Source: the human T2T-CHM13v2.0 reference genome, Homo sapiens
Strand: one strand, 5' to 3'
Length of the DNA: 64,000 nt
Assembly (NCBI RefSeq): GCF_009914755.1
Contig: NC_060925.1
The notes below the pieces were generated by a model. The model ran no database searches. It was not told the origin of the DNA and saw only the letters and a program-made list of their open reading frames with translations. Below are positions 52,380-64,000 of the stretch, piece by piece; within the stretch, counting starts at the first letter, position 1, and every line of letters starts with the position of its first letter. A program made the position numbers and the translations under genes.

Positions 52380-52570
52380 ACTTATAAATGACTCCTATGT
52401 GTCAGGAATCTCTGCACTTTCCACACAGTCATCTCTAATTTTTAATAACAACCCCATAAGGAGGGTATCATTATCTTCAATAAACAGAGAACAAAATTAA
52501 AGGTCATAAAGGTGAAGGAGCTTGCATGAAGCCCAAAAGACAGTAAGTGATAAAGCCAGCATTTACCTGC
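52380..52570 (-). mobile_element. MIR
   Basis: ctatgtgtcagg...acaaccccataaggagggtatcattatc. Confidence 0.65.
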
Positions 52571-54829
52571 TGTGCTTGTCTTTGAGGAAATTCTGGACTA
52601 CCTGCACAGCCCTAGAAAATAGGATGGGATTAAATTAGTGAATAATTTACTTGTTTCTCTCGCCTCATTGAAGGAAGATATTTATTATTGTTTATTATTA
52701 CTATTATGGCATCTCAGAGCCTCTTCAAACTTAATGATGTACATGATAGATTTAAATTATTGCTTCAGTGCTCTCTGATCCTAATCCTGTATTTCCAGAA
52801 TTTTCTGGGAAAATTTGTTGATACGTGTGTTGCACAATAAACTGAAATCTTCTCTTTCTCCTACTACACTGTAAATCACTGAAAGGCAGGACAATTTCTT
52901 ATTCAGCAAAACCTCAATTCCTGGCAAATAGTAGATGGTAAATAAAAGTTGAACTGCATACCTGTTTTCCCCATCATTTTCCATGCTTTCAATTTATCTG
53001 TCTCCTTCTTCCTTTGTTATCATTTTATCACCTACCTTACTTTACATCCAGTCTTGGAACTGCAGTGATACCTACAGGCACTACCAACCCTAGTGGTAAC
53101 ATTTCAGGACTAAAGTGTGGCTGACCACTCCTGGGCAGTGGTCTGTGCCCAGAGCAGTCTTCCTGCTATGGGATCACAGCAGGCCTTTCTCTCTCTATTC
53201 TCATGAACACTGGTTTTCATATTCCTGTTTAGCAGGAGTAGTGTTTAAATACATTAATTAATAAAGATTAATCAATAATTAACCATTCTAAAGCCACCTA
53301 GAGGCCATTTCATGGTGCAGTGATGTATTTATTGCCTTATTCAGTGAAAGGACTTGGGAGCTGTCTGGCTCCACTCACAGGTTGCTTTATTACAGGATGC
53401 CTGATCGACAAACTTACATTCCAAGTACCATTCTTCTGGCCCTTTTCCCAGGTAGGGACCTCAGTGCAACCCCCTGGCACAACTGCTGTCTGCACTAGCC
53501 CAGACTTCTCTGTCCTTTGTAGATAGTGGGCTCGAGTCCCTTAGTTGATCTATGCTGGGCCTGGGATGGAGCCAGGCAGCTCAGAAAGAGTGTCCTCCGC
53601 GGTAGCATTGAATCCTGCTTGGTTTCTCTGGCAGCAGCTGGTACTTGTTGCTCACAGGATGCACTGCAAGTTCAAAGTTCTCTGTCCCAATGTTAGGGGA
53701 GGGTACCCCCATGGACCTTAAATAAATGCCAGTGGAAGGTCAGTGAGAATGTTGCCAACCACACATTCTGTCTCCAAGAAGGTGAGTGTTTCTTCTAAGT
53801 CAGGTTCAGTGCACCAGCAAATGGCATACACTACAGACTTGGTAGTGACCTGCTAATTGACTGGCACTTGGGGCTCTGATTCTGGCACAAATTACTGTGT
53901 GTAGTTCAATATATCCTATACTGTCCACACCTCTATTTTCCATTTCTTGCTAAATGTTAATCTCAGAGAAGAAACATTAGCCTATAGATCCAGGGCAGTA
54001 TCAATCTATGGTGAAAATTGTGCACAAACTAAGAGATATTCAGCCTCAAGGCTCCTAAGACCCTCCTTTCTATATGTTTCCAGGGGAAAGGGAGGCTGCT
54101 TAGAACGGAGTCCTCATAAACTGTCTGGTTCTAGTAACACTCAGATACTTCATTCATATTCTTTAGAAGATCAATGACAGTTTAACCGAAGCCAGGTGGG
54201 ACTTCTAAGCCCCTTCTATATAAAAAGATATGCCTGTGGTCTGGAATATTGAGTTTTTTTCCAAGAAAGCCCTATTTATTGTAGCTCTCATTAATAATGA
54301 CCAAATTATTAAATATTAATTGCAATGACATAAAAATGGCCAGTGTTGATTGAGTACCTACTACATTCCAGTCTGTTGTGTTACACATTTCCCATTGAAC
54401 AAGCACAGGAGCTCCAGTATGAGATAAAGAAATCATAGTGGAGGGAACAAGGGATTACAAGTGGAATTGAGCTGGTGCAAACACTTTCTATTCATTTTTC
54501 TTTTTTTTTCTCTTCATTCTCCTACTGCACACTTGGTGAGGTAGGTACAGAGAAGCCCCCTAATTAGAACTGCCCTCCCTCTTAGAAGGCCCTGTAAGAC
54601 CACGATGGAGTACAGGGAGAGGAGGCACAGAAGAAATTGGATATTAGGGGAGCAGAGAAACAGAATTTCAGCCTATTCATACATGGATTTGAGGCAAAGC
54701 ACCAATCAGCCATAAATAATATAATTAGACTGGAATAAATTTAATAGTTTATATCTTATTGACAGTGAAACAACATTTAGGAATTCAGGATTCTGATCAT
54801 AGCCCTTTCTAAGTGGGAAGTGACAGACT

Positions 54830-54960
54830 TAAATATTATCATTTTCATTTGGTGACTGAAGAAATTGAAGCTCATGGAGATTGAATAACTTACCTCTGGT
54901 CACACAGCTGGTGAGTTGCTGAGTTGGAAGTTAGTTCAGTTTGACTCCAAAATTCTATCT
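54830..54960 (-). mobile_element. MIR core
   Basis: tgaagaaattgaagctc...taacttacc...ggtcacacagctgg. Confidence 0.75.
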
Positions 54961-56319
54961 ATGGAACAGCTATATAAATATTATTTTCTTCTCATTATTA
55001 AAAGGGACATTCTTTCCTATTAAATATATTACATTTTTACAAAAGTCAGATCCCAAGAGGTTTCACATGATACTCACTGATTGTACATAAGTAAATAAAG
55101 CAATCACTTAAGATCTCAGTTTGTATTATTGAAGACCTAAATTGTTTAGGTTAACAGAAAACTGTTACCCCAAAGTATTCACCTTATTCTTTCATGCACA
55201 ACCAACAAACATCCCGTGAATCTCTCATAGATGTTAAGCTATAATACAAACCAAGCCTTTTCTGTTGCCATGAAATTGAAAGTTATTAGAATCTGAAGTC
55301 TCAATACTATCAAAAAGAAGCCATATCCCCATCACCATTTTGAATAACTATTGTCAAACTATTGATATAGCTCTCTTTTTTTATTGATTGATATAGTTCT
55401 CTTTATTTGGAGGACCTATACCTGCCAGAGGAAGAAAAGTAAACAACCATATCTCCTGAGTTCCACAGAGGAAAATAGAGTGCCATAGGCTCAACCTCAG
55501 ATTCCTTATTTTAAAAAATCATTTTCTAAAGGTTTTGTTTGCCCAACTAGGTTCCAAGATGGTCAGCAATTAGTAGTAGGAAGTTTCATTATGCTAAAAT
55601 GTAGGAAGATAAAGGAAAAGAAGATCATACATGTATGTTTTTAAAAATCAACAAGAGAGGGTTTATCTTCTGTCTCTACCTCTCTGATACAAGTAGAGTC
55701 TCAAGGTGGGTAGGATAGAAACTTAGGGCATGCAGGACAGTGTATCTTAATACTAGATTTATTATAATGATAATGGAGTAATATTGCAGGTTACATATCA
55801 GGAAATTTCCCACTTAGAAACATGGCAGGCAACCAATCTAAAGACTGCATGCGGAGCAGTGAAGACTAAGTTCAGGTCGATGGAAGGGCAATGGAGAACT
55901 AGAAAGAGAAAGGAGATTCAGATAGAGGGTAAAACACTCATAAGAGAGGTTTCAATGACTTTTTATAAAATGCAACAATCTCAGATGCTAGAAGTGAGAG
56001 GGCAGTTAAAAGTATTCACTAAAAGGAGAGGGTTAACCATGCAGCAGTGTCTAGATGAGATGCTGCAGTTTTTCCATGCTGGAAATGTGACCAACCGCTA
56101 CCTCTCTCAATTTCTCATTGCCCTTTATATAAAGCTTAGTATAATCATTTTACCTATTTTCTTCCTGTCTGAGAAGATAAAGCACATCTCTTCCTATTTA
56201 GAATAACCAATCTACCTATCACTTTATCCCATACTTCTCTCCTCTTTCAAGATATGTTCTATTTTTCCTGTGGCTTCTTTTATTTCTCTGTTGGATTTGT
56301 CTTTAACTTACAAGCATTC

Positions 56320-56707
56320 TGTCTTAGTTCATTTGTACTACTATAACAAAATACCTGAGACTGGGTACTTTATAAAGAACAGAAATTTATTTTCTCAGAG
56401 CTCTAGAGGCTGAGAAGTGCAAGATTAAGACCCTGGCAGGTTCATTGCCTGGTGAGGGATGCTCTTTGTTTCCAACATGGTGCCTTGTTGCTATATCCTC
56501 CTAAAGAGAGAAATGCTGTGTCCTCAACTGGTGAAAGAAGGAGCGCAAAAGGGCAAGCTAGCTTAACATTGTATGCAGCCTTTTTATAAGTACCCATTCA
56601 CAAGGGAGGAGACCTAATGGTCTAATCACCTCCTAATGGCTTCACCTCTTATTACTATCATGTTGGCAACACCTGAATTTTGGTGGGGACATATTCAAAC
56701 CATAGCA
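56320..56707 (-). mobile_element. MST-family (MSTB/C-like) MaLR solo LTR
   Basis: tgtcttagt...ctataacaaaatacctgagactggg...gacatattcaaaccatagca. 5-bp flanks cattc/tgttc. Confidence 0.9.
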
Positions 56708-59700
56708 TGTTCCAGCCACCTCTATTCATGACTTGACCCCAAGGCCTGTTATATTTATCCTCCAGCCTCATTTCTTTTCTCTCCATCTCTGCTCTTGGAT
56801 CAGCTGCAGCCACTCTTTGCAGGTCCTCATTTCCCATTCATTCCTCAACCTACTTTCTGTTTCTACCGATTAATTGAAAATCTCTCAACAAAGTCCTAAG
56901 AAACTATGCTCTTTCTGAAAATCCTTTTCAATTCATACTTACTATTGTTCTTTCTTTCTTAACATTTATAGGAACTCTTATAGTCAAAGGTTCAGGAGTA
57001 CAGATATATAACTTTCTTCTGGTGGTAGAAAATTAAAATGTACCAATTTATATAAATTTCTTTTTGTTTAAAACTGAATTTTGTTTAAATACATAATTAG
57101 TTTATTGTGTTCTCCTCCTCTCTATTTTCTTGTCTTTTCACCAGAGCTCATAGCATTAGGGGAAAAGATGTGGTGTGGAGATTCTTGAGGAGTCAGAACC
57201 TTTCCTCATTGCATCCCATGCAATTCCACCACGGCTAAGGTCCATGTTCTCCGAGTTTCTTTGTCCAAACTGGGAGACCCTTGCAGGAACCATCAGACTT
57301 GGCCAATTCTGTACTGCCCTGCGGGCCCTTTTCCTGCTTTGCCAACCTCATACTGGAGTCCAAAGCAGTCTTTGAGACCACCCATTCACTCACACAGCTC
57401 CCCCTTCACCCACACACCTCACCCTAGTTGTTGCAATTAGCCCATTCACACTGTATTAGAATCAGTGCTGTTTGAGATGCTTGATCTCTCCATGGCTACA
57501 ATACTTTTACTGATTCCATTGCTAATGTTTGAAAAACCTGGAGTTACACATCATTTGACCTCAGAAAATCCCACAGTAGAGCTTGTGTCTTCCTGTTCCT
57601 CACACCCTCAATTCTTGCTTTATTTGGTTAAGTGCTTGACCACTGCTGAATTTGTCTCCTTCCACAATGATGCTAAAAGCAATTAAAGTAACAGAGCTGA
57701 AGGTATGATCCATAATTCCTCAATTTATCACCCTTTGCTTGACCTCCACACCACACTCCATCTCTCTTGGGATAAGTGCCAAAAAAGAGGTTGTTTTTAG
57801 GACTGAGACCCAATTAGATTTATCACTAAAAGGAACAAAATAACTCAGGCCTTTTAGTGCCGGTTATATAAAAGAGAAAGAATTTAACTCTTAATTGAAT
57901 GAAAGTAGAAAATTAACATTCAGATCAAATAGATTGTCTCAAGTAGACATGTGCCATGGTGTGGTCTCAAGCAGATGATACAAACCCCCTAAATTCCCAC
58001 TGATTCAGGACAGGTTTAGGCCTGAATAGCATCTCTGTATTTACAATAATAATGTATGGCAATCCCAGATAAGAGAAAGTTAAAGAAAGGGTCAGAGTTT
58101 TATCCTCTTCTTTGGATATAAACATTGGTAACCGTTGTCTCAGTAAAGATTCAGAGAGCAGAAACTAATAGGCTTTTACAGACATTTACACAAGCTAGAA
58201 AAATAGTTGAATTCTTTCATCAACCATGCTATTATCTATATATACCTGACAGTGCCCCAAATTCTGCATTCTTAGAGGTAAAATTAGGCCTTTGTCTAGT
58301 GAACTCAGATGCTCCTGAAGAAAAGCATAATGTTTATTTCCTTTCTCATCATGTCACAGTTGAGAGAGTCCCTCACATTTGGTATTTCTGGGCCTGACTG
58401 ATCTCATTGTCTACCCCTGGGAAACACCTTAAGTCAAAGAGTCGCCTGGTGGATTCTTGTACCCCAAGGTGCTGAATCACCTTATCTCTGCCAGTAGATA
58501 CAGTTGAGATTTCAGTTCCTCAGCCTCTGTCATCTTTGAGTCAGAAGTTAAAAATACAGAGGGAAAGAGAGGAATGTGTCAAGTTGCTTCACTAGCTTTA
58601 TCACCATCAACAACATTGGGATTGATGCGAACAGGAGTTGATTACATGACTCCAGCACATGACACTGTGTTAAGTTCCAGTCCATGTAGGTCAGGTCCTC
58701 AGGCACCAGATAAAGAGCATTACTGCCAACAGGTCAGGTGAAATGCTCATGCCTAGTTCTGTGGCAGAACTAAAATTCACAAAAGCATGTCCAGGGCCTT
58801 GCCATTTTGGGCAGACTTCATCAATACTGATGAAGTTTTGATTGGTCAAAAGTACATAGACAAATGGACAATGACATCAGGAAGTCCCAGGCCAAGTTGG
58901 GCTTTTGCCTCAGGTGTGCCAGGGAATGCAATGAATCCCTGGTTCTCTGTGTTGATGTCAGCTTTCTCCAGGTCCAACCTATTTTCTTTTTCTCATGAAG
59001 CTACAGATCTTGGTTTAGAAAGGAAGGTATTTGTTTAATCTGGAGCAAGAGTACACCCAACATTTGTGTTTTCCGTGGCTGGATCAGACATCTTCGAAGG
59101 TTTCCATAGAACTTTTAAAAAGCAAATTAAAAAGTACTTTTATTTTTGCAGGTTATGAAGGTAATTTAAGTATTTTTTATTTTAAATAAACGTATCTTGC
59201 AGAACTTGGGACATATTATACTGTTGATGCATGTATTACTCATTACTATTATTAGTCTAAAGATAATATCAAACAGTAATGTCACATGAGAGAAAATGGG
59301 GTTACCTGACAAAATGCAGTGTTAAACATTATCCATCATTATATATAAAGAAGGGTGGGGAAAATAGACTCAGGAATTTTAATTTGCTGACAAGATCATA
59401 TTTTAGAATTTAGGTGTAAATTCTTCAGGTTAGTGGATGGCAAAGAGTTGAGAGTATAGAAATTGAGTAAGACAAAGAGTTGGGGGTAGCAGAAGGCAAA
59501 GGCCAAGGTTGAAAAACTGCTGCAAAAGTTAAATTAGGCATCTTGATCCAAGCCTCAATATCAATGCCTCTACACCCAAATTCTAATTAAAATCTACTGT
59601 AAAATTTTATAAATATCATGCATGATGTCACAATGAGACATGATGCAAGAAAAAAGATAAATAACAACAGCAGTCTGAGTTATTTAATGTACTTAAAATC

Positions 59701-61001
59701 ATGTTAGTAAAGCAGAGATCATGGGAAGCATCAGCAGTAGAATTTCTCTATAACCCAGAACCCTGATGCATAAGCTTTAGAAGAAATTGCCCCTTATTGC
59801 AAAAGGTCAAAAGTTCTACATTTTCTCTTGTCCGACAGTAGAAAAAGAAAGTAGATTATCTTGTGGATCTTAATTTCATGGAGATGGGAAGCTTGGCCTG
59901 TGGTTCATGCAGTGTTTTTGCTTTGAAAAGCTAGCAGAGGTCCTCAATCCCACTCCAGGATGGATGGCTCAGCACACACTGCACCTCCCCACCTCCAAGC
60001 CTGGTGTTTGTATGGAATAATGAGTCCCATAAGCTTGGGCCTGATAATGCTTTTATAATGTAAAGGAGGAAAGCCAAGTAAAGTGGATCTGTGCATCCCT
60101 CTAATGAAAAGTTGGCTTGTCTGTTTTTATCAGACTAATGAAGCCCCTACCCCATTCTCTTGCCCAGTGTAAGCCTCACAATGGGGACAGTGAGCTCTCT
60201 CCAACATAGCTCCTCCACAGATGCTATCTGCCAGCTATCTTCGCAGAAGAGTTCATTTTAAAGGGATCCTGGCTTGATTAAGGCTTTGTGAGCCTCCCAG
60301 CCTCATTACAAATCAATGGAGATGAACTGAGTGCTTAATACTCAAAAGCCAAGCTAACAAAAGCTGACTTATTACAAGCTAAGAGGTTGGGACTCTCCTG
60401 GGTGTTTCAGCTTTGTTTTGTTTTGTATTTCATCCCATTTTCCCCTCTCCTCCTCTTCCTGACCACCCCCAACCCAATCCATTTTTTGTGGCAATATTCA
60501 AGTCCATAGCCTGATTCTGTTCCTTCTCCCTTATTTCCGTCTACATAAAACTGCAGCTTTTAGAAGAATAATATTTCTGACTAGATATTATGCTCCACTG
60601 TAGCCAGATGACTTTTCTGAATGACAGGGAACGGCTCCCCTTCCCTAGGCCATTTAACTTCAGTTTTTCACACAGGACTTAACGATCCTAGTATCTTTTG
60701 GAAAACTTCCTGTTTACTGTTTCTCATCTACCGACTCTTCCCATCCATAACCCCAACAGACACACAAGTGCGGAATGGCAAAGGGCAATCAGAAACATTT
60801 GACCATCGTTAAAGAAAAGATATGAGTTAACATAAACCTGCTTCCAGATCCTTCAGCGGTTTCAGACACCTCTTCTCTTCCTGTCTCCCTCTTTCTCTCT
60901 CCTCTCAGAGAAAACTGCACTGAAAGTGTTTTCTGTTCCATATTCAGAGACAGGAAGGTGCCAGAACTGTAATGAGCTGATGAGAAGCCCCATATGGAAA
61001 G

Positions 61002-61006
<5 letters not shown>

Positions 61007-61038
<32 letters not shown>

Positions 61039-61062
61039 GATGCACACACACACACACACACA
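61007..61062. repeat. Interrupted (CA)n microsatellite
   Basis: Two CA runs separated by tggatg. Confidence 0.95.
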
Positions 61063-61199
61063 CCCCAAAGGAAGTTTCAAATATCACTATAAATCAAGTC
61101 TCATTGTCAAAAATTCAAGAGACTGGGGCTCCTCCTTCTCTAAGAAAGATTGGAAGGATCAATCTTACAGGATACCACCCCCTTGTCTTTCCTTGCAGA

Positions 61200-61455
61200 A
61201 ATAATGACAGCAAACATTGGACATTTTATTCTGTCTCAATCAAAATGTTAAGCATTTTACATGCAGTATTTTATTTAACAATCACAATAATTCTGTGAAG
61301 AAGGTTCAATTAATATTTGCACTTTATAAATGTGGGACCAAGGGAAAAAATATGGTTTCCAAGCCACACATTTAGTAAGCAAAGAACGTATGAAAATCCA
61401 GATCTTTCTCTGACTCCAGAACTCCTGAACGAAACCACTACATTAATCTGCCTTC
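61200..61455 (-). mobile_element. MIR
   Basis: aagcattttacatgcagtattttatttaa...tctgactccaga. Confidence 0.65.
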
Positions 61456-61659
61456 ATATAGGTTTGGCAAAAATCCTTAAAAAATAAAGAAAATATTTTA
61501 TTGGATTAAACCTTGTAAGGGTTTTGGGATTTAGCAACCACACAGTTTACAAATGGCCACTCCTTTTTTTTCTACCTGTCCCTCCCCATTGTGTTCTGAG
61601 TAGAACTCTGCTCTCCCCTACCCTGACTTGCAACTCTGTGTTCTAAACTTCCTCTAACA

Positions 61660-61840
61660 GGAAGAACCTGGGTTTAGAAGTCAACTGCACCAAATTTAAA
61701 CCCCAGATTCTTTGGTTACCAGTTGGATGTTCTTGAGCAATTTGCCTAATGTTGGTGAGTTTCTTTTTCCCCATCTGAAAGCGGAAGCTGAGATCATGTA
61801 AAGATTAAATGTGAAAACATGTTAAATGCATGTAGGAGAG
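61660..61840 (+). mobile_element. MIR
   Basis: ttcttgagcaatt...ttttccccatctg...agattaaatg. Confidence 0.6.
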
Positions 61841-63456
61841 TCTACTTCCTTGCCTTTTCTTTCTCCAGACCTTTTACTCTTCTCCCCAGACCCTCCAAGA
61901 AAGGTCTGTTAAACTGATCTACACTAATGGCTTCTAAAGCTTAATATGCTACTTCTCTCAGGGGCAATTGCATTTTAACAGACTAGAATGCTTTAGGCCA
62001 AAAGGAATGAGTTTCTAATTATGGAATTAGATTATTGGAGAGGGGAGTTCCATACCTTTGAAATCTTTCCAAGCAATAGATGCCCTTCTTCATTTGTGGG
62101 TAGATAATAGACCCCACAATGAATGGCAAAACTTTGAAACCTTTTTTTCTTGTTATTAAACATATTGTAGCAATAACTATCACCTATGAAAGCCAAGAGG
62201 AAAAGTGTAGACACTTAGCAAATGGCCAACTGTGATTGCTTCAACTGGGAATCTGAAATTCATTCTATACACCCAGTCATTCGATTCTTTTCTTTTTGTC
62301 CTTGTACAAATAGAGATTCTGCCGTAGGCCATTTAAAAGAAAACTAACTTCAAAGTACAAGCTGTTTAGAAACTAATGGCAGTGCCAGAAATGATTATAA
62401 ATTGTTTCAGAATTATTTTCTTCAGTAGCTTTTTTAACTGCAAAGATGTCAGAGGACTGGCCCACACAGTCTTTGACAGTTGTAAGTTCCAAAAGAATTT
62501 CTTCCTGAAATGATGTAGGTTGTCATTACCCTTCATCACATGCACGTATGCATAAAGCTGTGTTGTTCATGCCAAATCAAACTTCCAACAGTCAACTGGC
62601 CTTCTCCAATTGAAGACAAGAATAAAGCTCCTTGAAAAATTATTCCATTCTGATTCCAGAGTATGATTATTACCTCTGAACAAGATTTGCCACGGGCAGT
62701 TCAAGGACAAAGCAGATTTAGTTCCTAGTACATGCCCACATCCAGCAGTGAGTTTTAGCACTGAAGGCATTGGACATTGCTTGGGCGTTAGGCTTGGGTC
62801 AGGAATACAGCATCTGCAGACCAGGGCAGCAGAGCTCTTTGGACTCTGCGACCGCTACCAGCTCACTGCTTAATCTAATTTATTCATTCAACAATATTTA
62901 TGGAGCAGCCACCATTATCCAAGTCTTTAGGGTGGGGTCAAATCAGAATTCTACTGAGTCTTGTTCTTACCAAGTGATCTGCCGCTGTCCAGAGAACTGG
63001 GTGTGCGGCCTAGTGCCCAAACAGCATCTGCAGTTGCCACATAGAGAAAAACTTGTAGAGTATTCTCAGCCAAGTGCCAAGGGGATCCTGATAAACTGTT
63101 TGTATGAATCCTCACCCCACTCAAGAGCCAAAGTCTTTGTCGTTTTAGAGAACTTGGTGTAAATAGAAAGGAGGAAGGAAAGCTAACCTTTACTTTTCTA
63201 GTCTGTTGTTGTTTTTGTTTGTTGCTTTGTTTTGTTTTGTTTGATCTTTGTTTTAATATAAGTGTCTCCAATGCCTATATTATTGATATACATAGAACTG
63301 ACTGTCTACTTTTTTAATAATTAATTTCTGCCTTTGGAAAACGAGAGAAACAAATACAACCATTTAAATACAGGAGAAGAACATTGCCAAAGAAGAATAA
63401 AACACAGTGATGGTAGGCATCACAATTTGTCCTCTGGTTTGCACTGACCGCCTGAC

Positions 63457-63710
63457 TTTTTAAATAAACGTTTTGTTTTTGAATAAGTTTGGATTTACAG
63501 AAAACTTTTAAAGATTTTATGAAGAGTTCCTAGATACACTTGCCTTATTCCCCCAACATTAACATCTCAAAACTAGAAAATGGGTATGGGCACATTGTTA
63601 GTAACTAAATTATAGACTTTGTTCATTTCACCAGTTTCTTCACTAATGTGCTAATTTTTTTCAAGATCCAACCCACAATATCATATTTCATTAAGTACAT
63701 CACTTTCTTT
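63457..63710 (-). mobile_element. L1MC4-like 3' end
   Basis: gatttacagaaaac...agagttcc...taactaaattatagactt...tttcaccagttt...cactaatgt. Confidence 0.75.
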
Positions 63711-63841
63711 TAAATTATAATTAATATTCTTAAATATTAAATTTCTATTTCTGAAATCCCCATGAGCTCTAAAATGTAAGCAACTCACTGTTAACTTCAA
63801 CTGGAACTTTCTAACTAAAGTAGAGTAAAAAAGATAATAAC

Positions 63842-64000
63842 TTATTTATTTATTTATTTTGTATTTTATTTATTTATGTATTTATTTTGACACAGAGTCT
63901 AGCTGGTCATCCAAGCTGGAGTGCAGTGGCCTGATCTCAGCTCACTGCAACCTCCACATTCAGAGTTCAAGCAATCCTCCTGCCTCAGACTCTTGTGTAG
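63842..64000 (-). mobile_element. Alu (right arm), cut by the window edge
   Basis: (TTTA)n tail, then gctggagtgcagtggc...ctcagctcactgcaacctcc. Confidence 0.95.

Noticed and set aside
55784-56206. 140-aa plus-strand ORF
   Set aside because: TTG start, no recognisable motif and no exon structure.
62770-63162. 130-aa plus-strand ORF
   Set aside because: TTG start, no recognisable homology, and it overlaps an L2-like tattcattcaacaatatttatggagc stretch.

Overview
AT-rich, CpG-depleted primate (most likely human) non-coding DNA, intronic or intergenic, dominated by decayed interspersed repeats. It holds a nested L1 cluster (about 1.5-9.9 kb) with two young L1PA insertions, and a deleted ERVL provirus (LTR16/ERV3-16A3-like) with both LTRs, split by an L1PB. 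It also holds MaLR solo LTRs (MLT1, MST), hAT DNA-transposon fossils (MER1A, MER30, MER20B, MER45A, MER102, MER103), three Alus, many MIR/L2 fragments and several microsatellites. I find no intact protein-coding gene, RNA gene or CRISPR array. The ORFs I can recognise are retroelement fossils; the rest look like chance or simple-repeat ORFs. I cannot support a new biological system here. The best leads are (i) a complex templated-insertion repair scar inside the L1PB at about 38.48-38.55 kb, (ii) minus-strand candidate small exons and a recursive-splice-like site at about 12.6-12.9 kb and 30.0 kb, (iii) a perfect, probably recent 34-bp tandem duplication in an old LTR, and (iv) repeat-free, motif-dense blocks that may be conserved enhancers. 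Repeat family calls come from remembered consensus sequences, not an alignment, so subfamily names and boundaries are approximate unless a TSD is quoted.
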